A stretch of 64,000 bases of DNA from Longimicrobiales bacterium (GTDB taxonomy: Bacteria > Gemmatimonadota > Gemmatimonadetes > Longimicrobiales > Gaopeijiaceae). The position numbers were made by a program, and so were the translations under genes. The notes under the pieces are model-generated. The model saw only the letters and a list, made by a program, of their open reading frames with translations. It was not told the DNA's origin and did no database searches. Positions 51,241-61,229 of this stretch are shown piece after piece (the stretch's first letter is position 1; every line of letters begins with the position of its first letter). The stretch lies in assembly GCA_963664435.2 (NCBI GenBank), contig CAXXKM010000002.1, forward strand, positions 832,001 through 896,000, read 5' to 3'.

Positions 51241-51432
51241 CTAGTCGTTGGCGGTTTCCAGTTCGCTAACCCGCCGATTCAGATCTTGGAACCACCCGTG
51301 AATGTCGTCCACCTTGCGGGGCGTGTCGCCAAGAGCTTCGCCGATTTCTTCCCGAATCATCTCCCGCAGGGGTCCGTTCATAAGCTGCTCCGTGACGGCT
51401 TTCGCGACCCCTGCGATCTCATCCTGTGTCAT
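51241..51432 (-). CDS. Small coiled-coil protein, similar to the C-terminus of 50740-51231
   Basis: Shared LMNGP(L/I)RE and KVDx(I/L)HxW...LET. Confidence 0.6.
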   Translation of the reverse strand: MTQDEIAGVAKAVTEQLMNGPLREMIREEIGEALGDTPRKVDDIHGWFQDLNRRVSELETAND

Positions 51433-51568
51433 GTCCGCCCCTGCCTGTGTTCGTCTGTCATTTCTTCGCGACGCTAATTTTGTCAGGTGTCAACCCCTAA
51501 AACCTATGCCCGAACGCATCCCGAAGCAAGGCCAACGCCGCCGCCTTGACCGACGTGCAACCGCGCGC

Positions 51569-52190
51569 CTATCTTCCGGTCGGTTGCTTCTTGCGTGGAA
51601 GCCCATGTCGGGCTTCCTGCTGAATACAAAAGCTGCTGTGTGGACGGAGGGTAGCTCCCCGAGTCCCCGGCGAATGGGCAGGATCTTTCCGTGGTAATTC
51701 TTCCATGCGAGAGGCAGCCAAGGGCCCGGCTCCCGTTGAGTCGAAGCGGCCAGGAGAGAGTTTGCCACGGCGAGCTCCAGCGGCGAATGTTGCCTTGGTC
51801 GGTCTCTTTTTGACCTCATGTGTCCTTGGAAGCCTTTGGGATGCCGGTTGGTCAGGCAAAGCCAGGCAATCCGCGAGCTGGGTCAGCCAACTGTCATGCG
51901 GTGGGACCGTCTGTAGCGTGTCTACCAGGTACGTGATCTCGCGGGACCGGAAGTCCGTCCCGGACTCGCGCCAGTGAGGCAGGCTCTCGATGATGTCGCG
52001 CTCCACGCTTCGTTGCTCGTCGGCGACGTAGTCCGTAGAGCGGAGCGCCCTCTGGTCCACCAGGGCCGATCTCCTCCAGCCACCGGTCGATTCGCTCCAC
52101 CCCTACTCGGACCGCATCCCGCTTGCGCCCCTCCCGCACGTCGTTCAGTCTCACCGTATCCGTGTTGAGCCAGCCATCGCTGGTGGTCAC
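51569..52190 (-). pseudogene. Frameshifted fragment of an unidentified gene
   Basis: Protein-like text continues from ORF 51894-52190 into ORF 51569-52060 near 52062. Confidence 0.3.
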
Positions 52191-52279
52191 GTGCCTACGG
52201 CTTTGCTCAACCCGCGCCGAAGCTGCAAAGCGTCTACAGAAGCACTACCCGCCCCTCAGCCCACCGCGAGGTACCCGCC

Positions 52280-54880
52280 ATGACGACCCGACGAACCCGC
52301 CGACTCGTCCCCCCCACCCCCCTCCTCACCCTCGCCATCGCCGCCGCGACCGCGTTTGCCACGGCGGCCTTGACCACCCCGTCCCCCGCAACCGCCCAGG
52401 ACCTCCCCACCATCGAAGCCCACACCGAGGGCGCGACAGCCATGGAGGGCTTCTTCAACCTCTACTGGGACGACGACACCGGCGCCCTCTTCTGGGAGAT
52501 CGCCGAGCTGGACACCGAGTTCCTCTACCAGATCTCGATGGGATCGGGCCTCGGGAGCAATCCCGTGGGGATCGACCGGGGGCAGCTGCGCGGGACGCAC
52601 GTCTTCGAGGCGCGGCGCATCGGGCCGCGGGTGCTGCTCGTCGAGCCCAACTACGAGTTCCGGGCCATCACCGACAACACCGCCGAGGCGCGGGCCGTGC
52701 GCGACGCCTTCGCGCCGTCGGTGCACTGGGGGTTCGACATCGTGGCGCGCACCGGGGATCGCGTGCTGGTGGACGCCACCGAGTTCTTCATGCGCGACGC
52801 GCGCGGGGTCGTGAACCAGATCGCGCAGCGGGGGCAGGGGCAGTTCGAGCTCGACGCGTCCCGCAGCGCCATCTATCTGCCCAACACCAAGTCCTTTCCG
52901 GAGAACACCGAGGTCGAGGCGATGCTCACGTTTACGAGCGACCGCCCCGGCAACCTGGTCAGCGGCGTCGCGGCCACGGGGAGCACCTTCACGGTCCGGC
53001 AGCACCATTCCTTCATCCAGTTGCCCGGTCCCGGTTACGAACCGCGGGTCGCCGATCCGCGCATTGGGGTGAACGGGCCGACCGTGCGCGACTACGCGAG
53101 TCCCATCGACGAGGACATGCGCATCCGCTGGGTGGCCCGCCATCGCCTGCAGAAGGCCGACCCGGACGCGGAGCGCTCCGAGGCGGTCGAGCCCATCGTC
53201 TATTACGTGGATCCGGGGACGCCCGAGCCCGTGCGGAGCGCGCTCATCGAGGGAGCCGAGTGGTGGGCCGAGGCCTTCGAGGAGGCCGGCTTCATCGACG
53301 CCTACCGGGTCGAGGTGCTGCCCGAGGGGGTCGACGCGCAGGACATCCGCTACAACATGATCCACTGGACCCACCGGCGGACGCGCGGCTACTCATACGG
53401 CAACTCGGTGATCGATCCGCGCACCGGCGAAATCGTGCGCGGGGTGGTGAACCTGGGGAGCCTGCGGCTGCGCCAGGACTACCTGCACGGGCAGGGGATG
53501 GTGCCGCCGTTCACGGGCGGGATCACCTCCGACGACGGGGGCGGCTACTTCGACATTCCCATGAGCGCCGAGGAGCGCGCCTACTGGGAGGCGTGCATGC
53601 TCGCGGGGGCGCCGGACTTCGAGTACCTGGCCCAGGTCGCCGGCAACTCCGACGCCGTCGAGATGGCGCTCGCGCGCGTCCGGCAGCTGTCCGCGCACGA
53701 GGTCGGGCACACGCTCGGCTTCCCGCACAACTATCTCGCCAGCACCTACGGCCGCGAGAGCGTCATGGACTATCCCGCGCCCCTGGCCACCATCGACGAC
53801 GACGGCAACATCGACCTCTCCGACGCCTACGTGCCGCGCATCGGCGAGTACGACAAGCTCTCCGTCAACTGGCTCTACCGGGAGTTCCCGGACGGGACCG
53901 ACGAGGCGGCCGCCCTTAACAGTATCGTCATGCAGGGCATCGACGACGGGCTCATCTTCATGGCGCACACCAACAACAACTTCATCGGGGCTGCGCATCC
54001 GGGGGCGAGCGTATGGGACAACGGGGCCAACCTGGTCGATCATCTGAAGCTCGAAATCGACGTGCGCGAGATCGGACTCGAGAAGTTCGGCACCGACGTA
54101 ATCCGCACCGGCGAGCCGCTCTCGGACCTCGAATACGTCCTGCTGCCGCTATACATGCACCATCGCTTCCAGCTGCGCTCCGCGGCGCAGACCCTCGGCG
54201 GCGCCGACTATCGCTACGCGCTCAAGGGAGATGGGCAGACGCCGTTCGCCATCATCCCGGCGGAGGAGCAGCGTGACGCGCTGGAGACGATTCTCTCGAC
54301 GCTGACGGTCGACTTCCTGACGCTGCCCGAGGACGTCGTGTCGATGCTCCCGCCCCCGGCCTACCGCCATGACGAGGGCGAGGCCTTCCCCGGCTACACC
54401 GGGCTGATCTTCGATCCGGTGGGCGCGGCGGAGGCTGCGGCCGACTTCGCGGTGGGTGAGGTCCTGCACCCCAACCGCATGGCCCGCCTGCTGGTGTTCG
54501 GCAGCATGGGCGACTACCCGGGCCTGGAGGAGGTCGCGGACCGGCTGATCGAGCACACCTGGGGCGCGGACGCGGCGGCGGACGCCTACCGGCAGCGCGT
54601 GCTGCACGCCATCCAGCGCTCGGTCGCCGACCGCATGATGCAGCAGGCCGCGCGTGACGGAAACGCGGCCGAGGTGCGCGCCGTGCTCGCCGACCGCCTG
54701 GAAGGGCTGGCCACGGACCTGGAGGCGATGTCGGACCCGTCGCCCCACCAGCGCCTCGTGGCCGCGGACATCCGCCGCTGGCAGCAGCGCATCGAGAACA
54801 CGGTCCCCGGCGGTGCGCTGGTGATGCCGCAGGGCGATCCGATCGGAGGCAGCAGCCGGGGAGGCGGGCCGCCGCGGTGA
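52280..54880 (+). CDS. Secreted zinc-dependent metalloprotease (DUF5117/DUF4953 type)
   Basis: Signal peptide; PRVADPRIG; IDPRTGEI; HEVGHTLGFPHN; SVMDYP Met-turn. Confidence 0.92.
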   Translation: MTTRRTRRLVPPTPLLTLAIAAATAFATAALTTPSPATAQDLPTIEAHTEGATAMEGFFNLYWDDDTGALFWEIAELDTEFLYQISMGSGLGSNPVGIDRGQLRGTHVFEARRIGPRVLLVEPNYEFRAITDNTAEARAVRDAFAPSVHWGFDIVARTGDRVLVDATEFFMRDARGVVNQIAQRGQGQFELDASRSAIYLPNTKSFPENTEVEAMLTFTSDRPGNLVSGVAATGSTFTVRQHHSFIQLPGPGYEPRVADPRIGVNGPTVRDYASPIDEDMRIRWVARHRLQKADPDAERSEAVEPIVYYVDPGTPEPVRSALIEGAEWWAEAFEEAGFIDAYRVEVLPEGVDAQDIRYNMIHWTHRRTRGYSYGNSVIDPRTGEIVRGVVNLGSLRLRQDYLHGQGMVPPFTGGITSDDGGGYFDIPMSAEERAYWEACMLAGAPDFEYLAQVAGNSDAVEMALARVRQLSAHEVGHTLGFPHNYLASTYGRESVMDYPAPLATIDDDGNIDLSDAYVPRIGEYDKLSVNWLYREFPDGTDEAAALNSIVMQGIDDGLIFMAHTNNNFIGAAHPGASVWDNGANLVDHLKLEIDVREIGLEKFGTDVIRTGEPLSDLEYVLLPLYMHHRFQLRSAAQTLGGADYRYALKGDGQTPFAIIPAEEQRDALETILSTLTVDFLTLPEDVVSMLPPPAYRHDEGEAFPGYTGLIFDPVGAAEAAADFAVGEVLHPNRMARLLVFGSMGDYPGLEEVADRLIEHTWGADAAADAYRQRVLHAIQRSVADRMMQQAARDGNAAEVRAVLADRLEGLATDLEAMSDPSPHQRLVAADIRRWQQRIENTVPGGALVMPQGDPIGGSSRGGGPPR

Positions 54881-54958
54881 GGGGGCCGCGAAGGGCAGAG
54901 GTGTTGAGCACGCATTACAAGATGTTGATGCCAACATTACAAACAGTCGAACCTCGCC

Positions 54959-55681
54959 ATGCCCGGTAGCGACACGGTGGTTGATCGAGCCCCCTCTTGG
55001 GACGCGCACATTCGTGCGATGAAACGCGAGTGGGGTGAGATCTCGGTGCGCCGGACCGGAGCTCTCCTGGCCGGCTGGCATGAGGCCATGTCCGACATGC
55101 AGGCGCAGCAGGACCGTCTGGTTTCCGACGGGCTGTGGGTGACCGGTCCATCGGACTTCCTCGACATCATCGGTCTCGCCCGTCACGAGAACACCCATTC
55201 GCGTATGCTCGAGTGGCTCTTGAAGCCGACAGGCCGACACGGGCTCGGTTGCGGGCTTGTCCGGCAACTGGTGGAACGTTGCACCGGAGTGCCGGTGTCG
55301 GAACCCGTGTCAGTCCGGAAGGTGGCGTTCTCGGTCTGGCGGAACGACAGGGAGGCCGACCTCGTCGTATGGGGCGAGAACTTCACTCTCGTCATCGAGA
55401 ACAAGGTCGACGCGTTGGAGCAACCCGACCAGTGCGATGACTTGTACCAGAACTTCAAGAACGAGAACGCGCCGCTGTTCCTGTTCGTGACCCCGGACGG
55501 CCGCAGGCCCGACACGGTGGCCACGCCGGACGCGCAGCTCGCCTTCCAGGCTCTCTCCTGGCGGGAGGTCCGCGTGATGTTGGAGGCGGCGTTGAACGAG
55601 TCACAGCCTCCGACCGGCGTTGCCGACGCCGTTGATGTCGTCAGGAATTACCTGCGGACGCTCAGGGAGCAGTTTGGATGA
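54959..55681 (+). CDS. PD-(D/E)XK nuclease superfamily protein (PDDEXK_4-like)
   Basis: ENTHSRMLEWLLKP...HGLG; ADLVV...VIENKV; EQPDQ. Confidence 0.82.
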   Translation: MPGSDTVVDRAPSWDAHIRAMKREWGEISVRRTGALLAGWHEAMSDMQAQQDRLVSDGLWVTGPSDFLDIIGLARHENTHSRMLEWLLKPTGRHGLGCGLVRQLVERCTGVPVSEPVSVRKVAFSVWRNDREADLVVWGENFTLVIENKVDALEQPDQCDDLYQNFKNENAPLFLFVTPDGRRPDTVATPDAQLAFQALSWREVRVMLEAALNESQPPTGVADAVDVVRNYLRTLREQFG

Positions 55682-56223
55682 ATCGGATTGAAGACGAACG
55701 GATCAAGTTCTACCTGGAGCACGAGGCGCAGATCAGGGAATGGGCCGGTCTGCAAGCCGAAGTCTGCAGATTTGTGGATCAATTCTATCGCAGCCTCAAG
55801 GACGACGTCGACGCGGCTCTCAAGACCGGAGAGATTTCCGATGACGACGTCGAGTCGTTCCTGCATAAGGGAGACTGGCCAGGAGTGGGGCTGCGCCGGC
55901 AGGGTTGGCCCAAGGGCGATGGGGGTCCGGTGGTGAGATTGGAATGGTCACGCAAGTCAGCGTTCTTCCCTCCGCATGGATGGCTGATCTGCGGAGTGCA
56001 GACGAGCGTGAAACGCTACAAGCAGCCCTTTACCAAGGAGGCGCGTCCCGGCTATCCAAGCCGCAGCCCGGGGTGGCCGGCGTACAAGGCCGTGGAGCCT
56101 CCTGCTGGCAAGTTCTGGGAAGGTGACAACCTCAAGGAATACCGCGACCACCTCGTGGCGACCATCATTGAGGCTTGGAAGGATCTGGCTCCTTTGGTGG
56201 ACGAAGCAGTGAAAACCGAATGA
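55678..56223 (+). CDS. Hypothetical protein, translationally coupled to the nuclease
   Basis: ATGA overlaps at both ends. Confidence 0.7.
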   Translation: MNRIEDERIKFYLEHEAQIREWAGLQAEVCRFVDQFYRSLKDDVDAALKTGEISDDDVESFLHKGDWPGVGLRRQGWPKGDGGPVVRLEWSRKSAFFPPHGWLICGVQTSVKRYKQPFTKEARPGYPSRSPGWPAYKAVEPPAGKFWEGDNLKEYRDHLVATIIEAWKDLAPLVDEAVKTE

Positions 56224-56990
56224 CCCGCGATCTCTCCCTCCGCGGCATCCTCTCCGAATGGTTGCGGGAGGTGGTCGGCATCGAAGGCCGTCTTCCGCGC
56301 ACGCTGGGGAAGCTGTTCGCGCATCCGGGCTTTCTGACCCGGGCGACGCTGGAGGGAGAGCGTGACGCCTACCTGTCGGCGCTCAAGCTGTTTCTGGTGG
56401 CGAACCTGGTCATCTTCCTGGTGGGTCCGTACATCGGTGCCGTCGCTTTCGGTCTCGACGGGTATCTGGATGAGCGTACCGCCGGCTCTGTGTTCCTTCG
56501 CGCGTTCGTGGAGCGGGAGCTGCTCGACCTGGGGATGAGCGCGGAGATGTATGGGCTGCGCTTCGATTTCACGATCGCGCAACATGCACCCACCTTCTTC
56601 TTCCTGATGATCCCGGCTATCGCCAGCCTTACCAAGGCGTTGCTTCCCAGTCGGCTATTCGGAGAACACCTTGTCTACGCAACGGATTTTGTTGCGTGGG
56701 TCATTGTCATGATCCTCTTCGGCAACATCTTCATGCGCGTGATGGGGATCCCTCTGGACCCGCTCCTCGAGGACCCGATCGTGTCCCAGGTAGCCACGTT
56801 GGCGGTTGTGGCCGCGCTCATCGGGCTGACCGCATGGCACCTGAACCGGTCGCTACGAACCGTTTTCGGGCTCCGCGGCGCGGGGCTCTGGACGCGAACG
56901 GTGTTGATCGCCGCGAGCCTGGTCGGCTGGCTGTATGCCTACTCGTTCTTCCTGTTCTGGAGCACGGCTGTCGCGGTGCGTCTGAGCTGA
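56220..56990 (+). CDS. DUF3667-like membrane protein
   Basis: EGRLPRTLGKLFAHPGFLT...YLSALKLFL; several TM helices. Confidence 0.72.
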   Translation: MTRDLSLRGILSEWLREVVGIEGRLPRTLGKLFAHPGFLTRATLEGERDAYLSALKLFLVANLVIFLVGPYIGAVAFGLDGYLDERTAGSVFLRAFVERELLDLGMSAEMYGLRFDFTIAQHAPTFFFLMIPAIASLTKALLPSRLFGEHLVYATDFVAWVIVMILFGNIFMRVMGIPLDPLLEDPIVSQVATLAVVAALIGLTAWHLNRSLRTVFGLRGAGLWTRTVLIAASLVGWLYAYSFFLFWSTAVAVRLS

Positions 56991-57072
56991 TACCGCGGGG
57001 GGGCTGGCACTACGACGGTCGTGCGGGGTCCAAGGCGGGCTTGCACGGCCCGAATAGGAGGAAGGCAGACCT

Positions 57073-57435
57073 GTGGAAAGCGACCTGCGGAAACTGATCG
57101 ACGATCGCCTGTTCCGGAATTACCATCGAGAGTTCCTGAAGCCAAGGGAATTCAACACGTTCGATGTTCTCCGGTACGCGGATTACAGACAGAAGCCAAG
57201 CCAATACCCCATGAAGGACAGTAGTGACGGCTGGTGTCGGGTCTACGATCAGAAGCTCGTGTCCAACGACGAGCTTGCCGACATGTCTGGATCCGCAACC
57301 AAGGACCAAGTACTCCAGAGACTTACGGACTTCATGGAATCGGACGAGTCGGAGTACCGACGCATTGACAACTACTTCCAATGCCTTGCCTTCAGGCCCG
57401 ACGAGTCGGCATCCACGCAGAAGGATTCGCCATAG
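57073..57435 (+). pseudogene. Internally deleted PD-(D/E)XK-family gene
   Basis: RBS GGAGG; FNTFDVLRYADY N-terminal motif joined directly to a C-terminal-like segment, nuclease core absent. Confidence 0.45.
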
Positions 57436-57507
57436 CTACGGCTGTTCCGCGTCCTTCCGAACCGGCTATCTGCGAAGTGTACAGCCTTCCGCCCCGAATA
57501 CCCCGGG

Positions 57508-57897
57508 CTAGCGCAAGGACTCCGCGGCGGCCCTCAGGGCGCGGTCGAATGTCTGGATGCGGGTGACGCCGCGGCGCTGACAGCTGGCGAGGTGGCACAG
57601 GTCGCGGGCGCCGAGCGCCGGGTGCCTGCCTGCGAGCTCGATGCCGAGCATCACGTCGTCGCGCTCCAGGGGCCACACCTCGGTCCGGGTCCGGTCGATG
57701 AGCAGCAGCGCAGCGCCGAGGGCCTGCGTCCGCTCAACGGGCAGATACGCGTGGGCCAGCTCCTGGAGCACTTCCGACGATGTTGCGAGCGGTTGCTGCT
57801 CCGTCGTTGCGGCGGCGAAGAAGCGCCGGGCGGCCGGACGTAGCGGGTGCTCTCTCCCCACCGCGTACATGAGGACGCTTGTGTCGACGAACACCAT
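57508..57897 (-). CDS. vapC: VapC-family PIN toxin
   Basis: VFVDTSVLMYAVGREHPL, EVLQEL, ARDLCHLA, TFD. Confidence 0.9.
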   Translation of the reverse strand: MVFVDTSVLMYAVGREHPLRPAARRFFAAATTEQQPLATSSEVLQELAHAYLPVERTQALGAALLLIDRTRTEVWPLERDDVMLGIELAGRHPALGARDLCHLASCQRRGVTRIQTFDRALRAAAESLR

Positions 57898-57908
57898 GGC
57901 TCGGAGGG

Positions 57909-58184
57909 TCAGGTCCCGGCTGCGCCCCGGCTCCGGGACGCGCGTATGACGTCGAGGTGCTGCTCCCAGTCGGGCTCGGGGCCGCAATCCATCTCCGCGT
58001 CGCGGTCCGCGAAGAACCGCCGCACGTCATCCTCCGTGCGAAACGATTCAGCGCCTGCGTGGTCGGCCAGGCGGTCGGCGGCGGCGGCGCGAAGCCACGC
58101 GCTCAACGAGAGGCCTTCGCGGCGGGCAGCCGCGGCGTAGCGGGTGCGGTCCGGCTCCGAAACGACCAGGTGGATGCGCGACAT
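57909..58184 (-). CDS. RHH-type antitoxin
   Basis: MSRIHLVV...AARREGLSLSAWLRAAA; directly upstream of vapC. Confidence 0.8.
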   Translation of the reverse strand: MSRIHLVVSEPDRTRYAAAARREGLSLSAWLRAAAADRLADHAGAESFRTEDDVRRFFADRDAEMDCGPEPDWEQHLDVIRASRSRGAAGT

Positions 58185-58208
58185 CGACTTTCGGGAATGG
58201 GTAACTGT

Positions 58209-58224
58209 CATGTGTAGACACATG
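58209..58224. promoter_or_regulatory. Palindromic operator of the TA operon
   Basis: CATGTGT-AG-ACACATG perfect inverted repeat about 25 bp upstream of the antitoxin start. Confidence 0.6.
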
Positions 58225-58287
58225 CACAATACACACGACGGGTGCGTCCTGCAATATGGGCGACCGTGCCCAACCGCCTGGAGCTCG

Positions 58288-58683
58288 TCAGGTCTGACGC
58301 TTCTCCTCGGAAATCTGGATCAGGTTGCCGCATGAATCGTCGAAGACCGCGCAGATGACGCTCCCGAGGTCTGTTGGCGGCTGAACGAATCGCACGCCCT
58401 TTGCCACGAGACGCTCGTGCTCGGCTTCGATGTCATCGACCGCGAAGCTGGCACTGGGGATCCCGTCCTCGACAAGCGCAGTCCTGAATGGACGGACTGC
58501 GGGGTGGCCATCAGGCTCGAGCAGCAGCTCCGTCCCCTCCGGATCTTCCTCGGATACGACGGTGATCCAGGCGTGTTCTCCCAGAGGGATGTTGTGCTTT
58601 ACCCGAAAGCCGAGCGTTTCCGTGTAGAAGCGAAGTGCCTTCTGCTGGTCGTCGACGAAGACGCCGGTCAGGTGGATTCTCAT
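58288..58683 (-). CDS. VOC/glyoxalase-family protein
   Basis: VFVDDQQKALRFYTETLGF; FDDSCGNLIQ. Confidence 0.92.
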   Translation of the reverse strand: MRIHLTGVFVDDQQKALRFYTETLGFRVKHNIPLGEHAWITVVSEEDPEGTELLLEPDGHPAVRPFRTALVEDGIPSASFAVDDIEAEHERLVAKGVRFVQPPTDLGSVICAVFDDSCGNLIQISEEKRQT

Positions 58684-58991
58684 TTCTCGATGCCCTCATC
58701 CGTTGAGTGTGAAGTGTCCTCGTCCGCTGGGATCGGCCATCGCTCCCCGATCGCCTTCAGCGGGGCGCCATCGAACCAGTGGAGCTTGGACCGCCCCTCG
58801 CGCCTCGTGCGAATGAGCCCGGCGGCTTCCAGGACGTCCAGGTGTTGCGAGATCGCCTGCCGCGAGGAGTGGATGCCGTGTTTCATGATGAGGCGCGCAC
58901 AGAGTTCGAAGAGCGATTGCCCCGACCGATCGACGAGTTCGTCCAGGATGGTCCGCCTGGTTCGGTCAGCGATCGCGCGATAGATGTCCAC
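58680..58991 (-). CDS. ArsR/SmtB-family transcriptional regulator
   Basis: AIADRTRRTILDEL, SRQAISQHLDVLEAAGL. Confidence 0.9.
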   Translation of the reverse strand: MDIYRAIADRTRRTILDELVDRSGQSLFELCARLIMKHGIHSSRQAISQHLDVLEAAGLIRTRREGRSKLHWFDGAPLKAIGERWPIPADEDTSHSTDEGIEK

Positions 58992-59100
58992 ATGCAGTCT
59001 TAGGCGAGTGTTCGCTGCCGAGCGCCGGGTGCCTCTGCGATTTCGATGCCGAGGATCACGTCGTCGCACTCCAGAGGCCACACCTACCGCCGCCGGCGCG

Positions 59101-59499
59101 CTAGTCGGCGATATCGGGTGCGATTACCCACTTGGCTTGCTTTGCGAGCCTGCGCCTGATCGAATTCGTCTTTTTCCCGAATACCCACACATGTCCGGGG
59201 TCCTCGGTTGGAGGTTGCGTCGCAACTCCGAGCCCCAGACCGCGCACGAAGCCCACGTTGAGCCCGGCCATCAGGTTGTCTCCGGTATTCGCCTCGATAG
59301 GAGAGGCGTAGCATTTCGCCCGGTGGGCCGACATCGGCGAACCATTACGGGAATCGCTGAACATCCCGCTTGCAGGCCTCCTTCGGCCCGTGACTCTGTC
59401 GCGGTGGACCATGTTTGAGGGGATTCGCCGCCAGATATCCTCTTCATCCTTTACGGACGGGTCGTCGGCGTACTCGGGCGTCTCATCGGGGAGACTCAA
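59101..59499 (-). CDS. Hypothetical protein, possible ADP-ribosyltransferase-like fold
   Basis: IWRRI...SGMF...MSA...DPGHVWV pattern. Confidence 0.55.
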   Translation of the reverse strand: MSLPDETPEYADDPSVKDEEDIWRRIPSNMVHRDRVTGRRRPASGMFSDSRNGSPMSAHRAKCYASPIEANTGDNLMAGLNVGFVRGLGLGVATQPPTEDPGHVWVFGKKTNSIRRRLAKQAKWVIAPDIAD

Positions 59500-59505
59500 C
59501 CGACG

Positions 59506-60075
59506 TCAGAACGGCTGCACGCCAGCAAGCAAGCTGACAAAGCGCTCGATGTCGCCAACCAGTTCGCGTTCTCCGGGAGACTCGTAGGCGAAAGAGAAGC
59601 CATCGGTGCCGTCCAGGTCCACGCTCAGTGCCCTGTCGGATTGCTCCCACTCCAGAAAAATGCCACCCGAAGACTCCGGGGAGACCGCGGGTCGAGAGAA
59701 GCCGAATCTGGCCATGATCTCTACGATGAGGATTGCCATGTCCACGATTTCCGTCCGCACTGGCCCACCACCGTACGAGTCCCAGTTGGGAGCGAGTTCC
59801 AGATATCTCTGCATCTCCTCCTCGACATCGGCAAGCCAAGGGACATTGTGCAAGCCTTCAGGAGCGGCGGAGCATCGAGGCGCAGTCAGGAACAAGTCGG
59901 GCGCCGACTGCTCGGCCAGCCGGATGCGTCTCGTGCTTGGCCTTCTGGAATCCGTCAAGCCCGCCCAGGTGTCGACCTGAGGGTCCCCAATAGATTGAAG
60001 AGTGTTCACCGTTCTCGCTCCCAGTGTCGGTGCATTCTCGCCGAAGTCACATCCGCAAAACCTCGTACGATCCAT
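59506..60075 (-). CDS. Hypothetical protein (start uncertain)
   Basis: LAPNWDSYGGGP...PESSGGIFLEW motif. Confidence 0.65.
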   Translation of the reverse strand: MDRTRFCGCDFGENAPTLGARTVNTLQSIGDPQVDTWAGLTDSRRPSTRRIRLAEQSAPDLFLTAPRCSAAPEGLHNVPWLADVEEEMQRYLELAPNWDSYGGGPVRTEIVDMAILIVEIMARFGFSRPAVSPESSGGIFLEWEQSDRALSVDLDGTDGFSFAYESPGERELVGDIERFVSLLAGVQPF

Positions 60076-60812
60076 TTACGGCCCAGATCCAACTGAGATT
60101 CCAGCGACCCCTTTGAACGTTGCCCAAGCCCACCCCGCGCCGTCAGCGTGAGCACAATGCCCGGCTTCCCAGACGGATCGAATCCGGGATCTACCACGAC
60201 GTGAAGGCGGGACAGGTGGCCCTCGCCGTCCGTTATCGGGTATCGAACCCGAAGCGCGATGTCCTCCGGTTCGGGCAGGAACGCACCCTGCTTGCTCCCA
60301 ACCAGCAAGGGCACAACTGCGCCAAGCTCACCGTGTCGGTGCCATCCGTCGCCAGCCGGGATATGGTTTACGTATGTCAGTTCCCACTGATTGAGTCTTG
60401 GCTCACCCAGTTGTTCGTCCGCGAGGAAGTTCCGGAAGAGGCCATAATTCTTCTCAAATGAGGCCTTCACATGCTCATACCTGGGGTAATCCTGGCCTTG
60501 GATGCTGCGCCAATTGAAGACGAACCTGTCCTGCTGGACCTGAATCAGGTGCGCTCCGTCGCTCCCGATGAACCACGCGCGAGGCGTTGGGACCGTCTCA
60601 AATTTGACGGTAATCCCTTCACTGGGAGCCGGCTTGGATCGCTCGAAGCGCGGGTCCAGGGCGGGATGTACTTCAAGTTTCGGAAACGACTCGCGGTATC
60701 GTCGCCACAACAGCCCCATGTGCGGACCGGTGAAGCCGCGGATCTCGCCGAACTGCGCTGCGATTGCTACTTCGGCCACCGGAGGCTTCTTGAACGAGGG
60801 TAGAGGGTTCAC
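60006..60812 (-). CDS. TIGR04255-family protein
   Basis: FKKPPVAEV, IQVQQDRFVFNW, YPRYE, ELTYVNHI, MHRHW. Confidence 0.82.
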   Translation of the reverse strand: MNPLPSFKKPPVAEVAIAAQFGEIRGFTGPHMGLLWRRYRESFPKLEVHPALDPRFERSKPAPSEGITVKFETVPTPRAWFIGSDGAHLIQVQQDRFVFNWRSIQGQDYPRYEHVKASFEKNYGLFRNFLADEQLGEPRLNQWELTYVNHIPAGDGWHRHGELGAVVPLLVGSKQGAFLPEPEDIALRVRYPITDGEGHLSRLHVVVDPGFDPSGKPGIVLTLTARGGLGQRSKGSLESQLDLGRKWIVRGFADVTSARMHRHWERER

Positions 60813-61229
60813 ATAGTCTCCGCGTGTCGGCCGCTCCGTCTGTCCTCCCTGCTCGCGGGATCCAACGGCCTCAAGCTACGCTGACCAATGGAGATAGTCG
60901 TTGCTTGGGCACCTGGGGGTTGCCTGTCGGATTCCTCTTCCGGGGTCGAAGGCATCACACCGGTTACTACTTGAAGTACACGCGGGAGGGTTCCCCGACG
61001 CGCTTTCACGCCGAACCTCGGGGTGCCTTACGGCAACCCCATCGTGCGGCGAACGTGCTCACGTCATCGGCACCGTTCTTGACCAAACCGAGGGCGTGGA
61101 AATCGGACTGCTCCGGGCCCTCGGTAGTACCGTTCGCGCGGACGAGGATCAATGGCGGTCAGCATGAGGCGAATCTAGGGCGGCCCACCGAGGCTTTCAA
61201 GGCGCGGGACCGTCAACGCCGCCGCGACC

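Noticed and set aside
50400..51510. Possible small transposon around the coiled-coil genes
   Set aside because: I could not find convincing terminal inverted repeats or a target duplication.
52123..55267. Alternative-frame and antisense ORFs over the metalloprotease
   Set aside because: Low-complexity Arg/Pro/Ala translations caused by GC3 bias.
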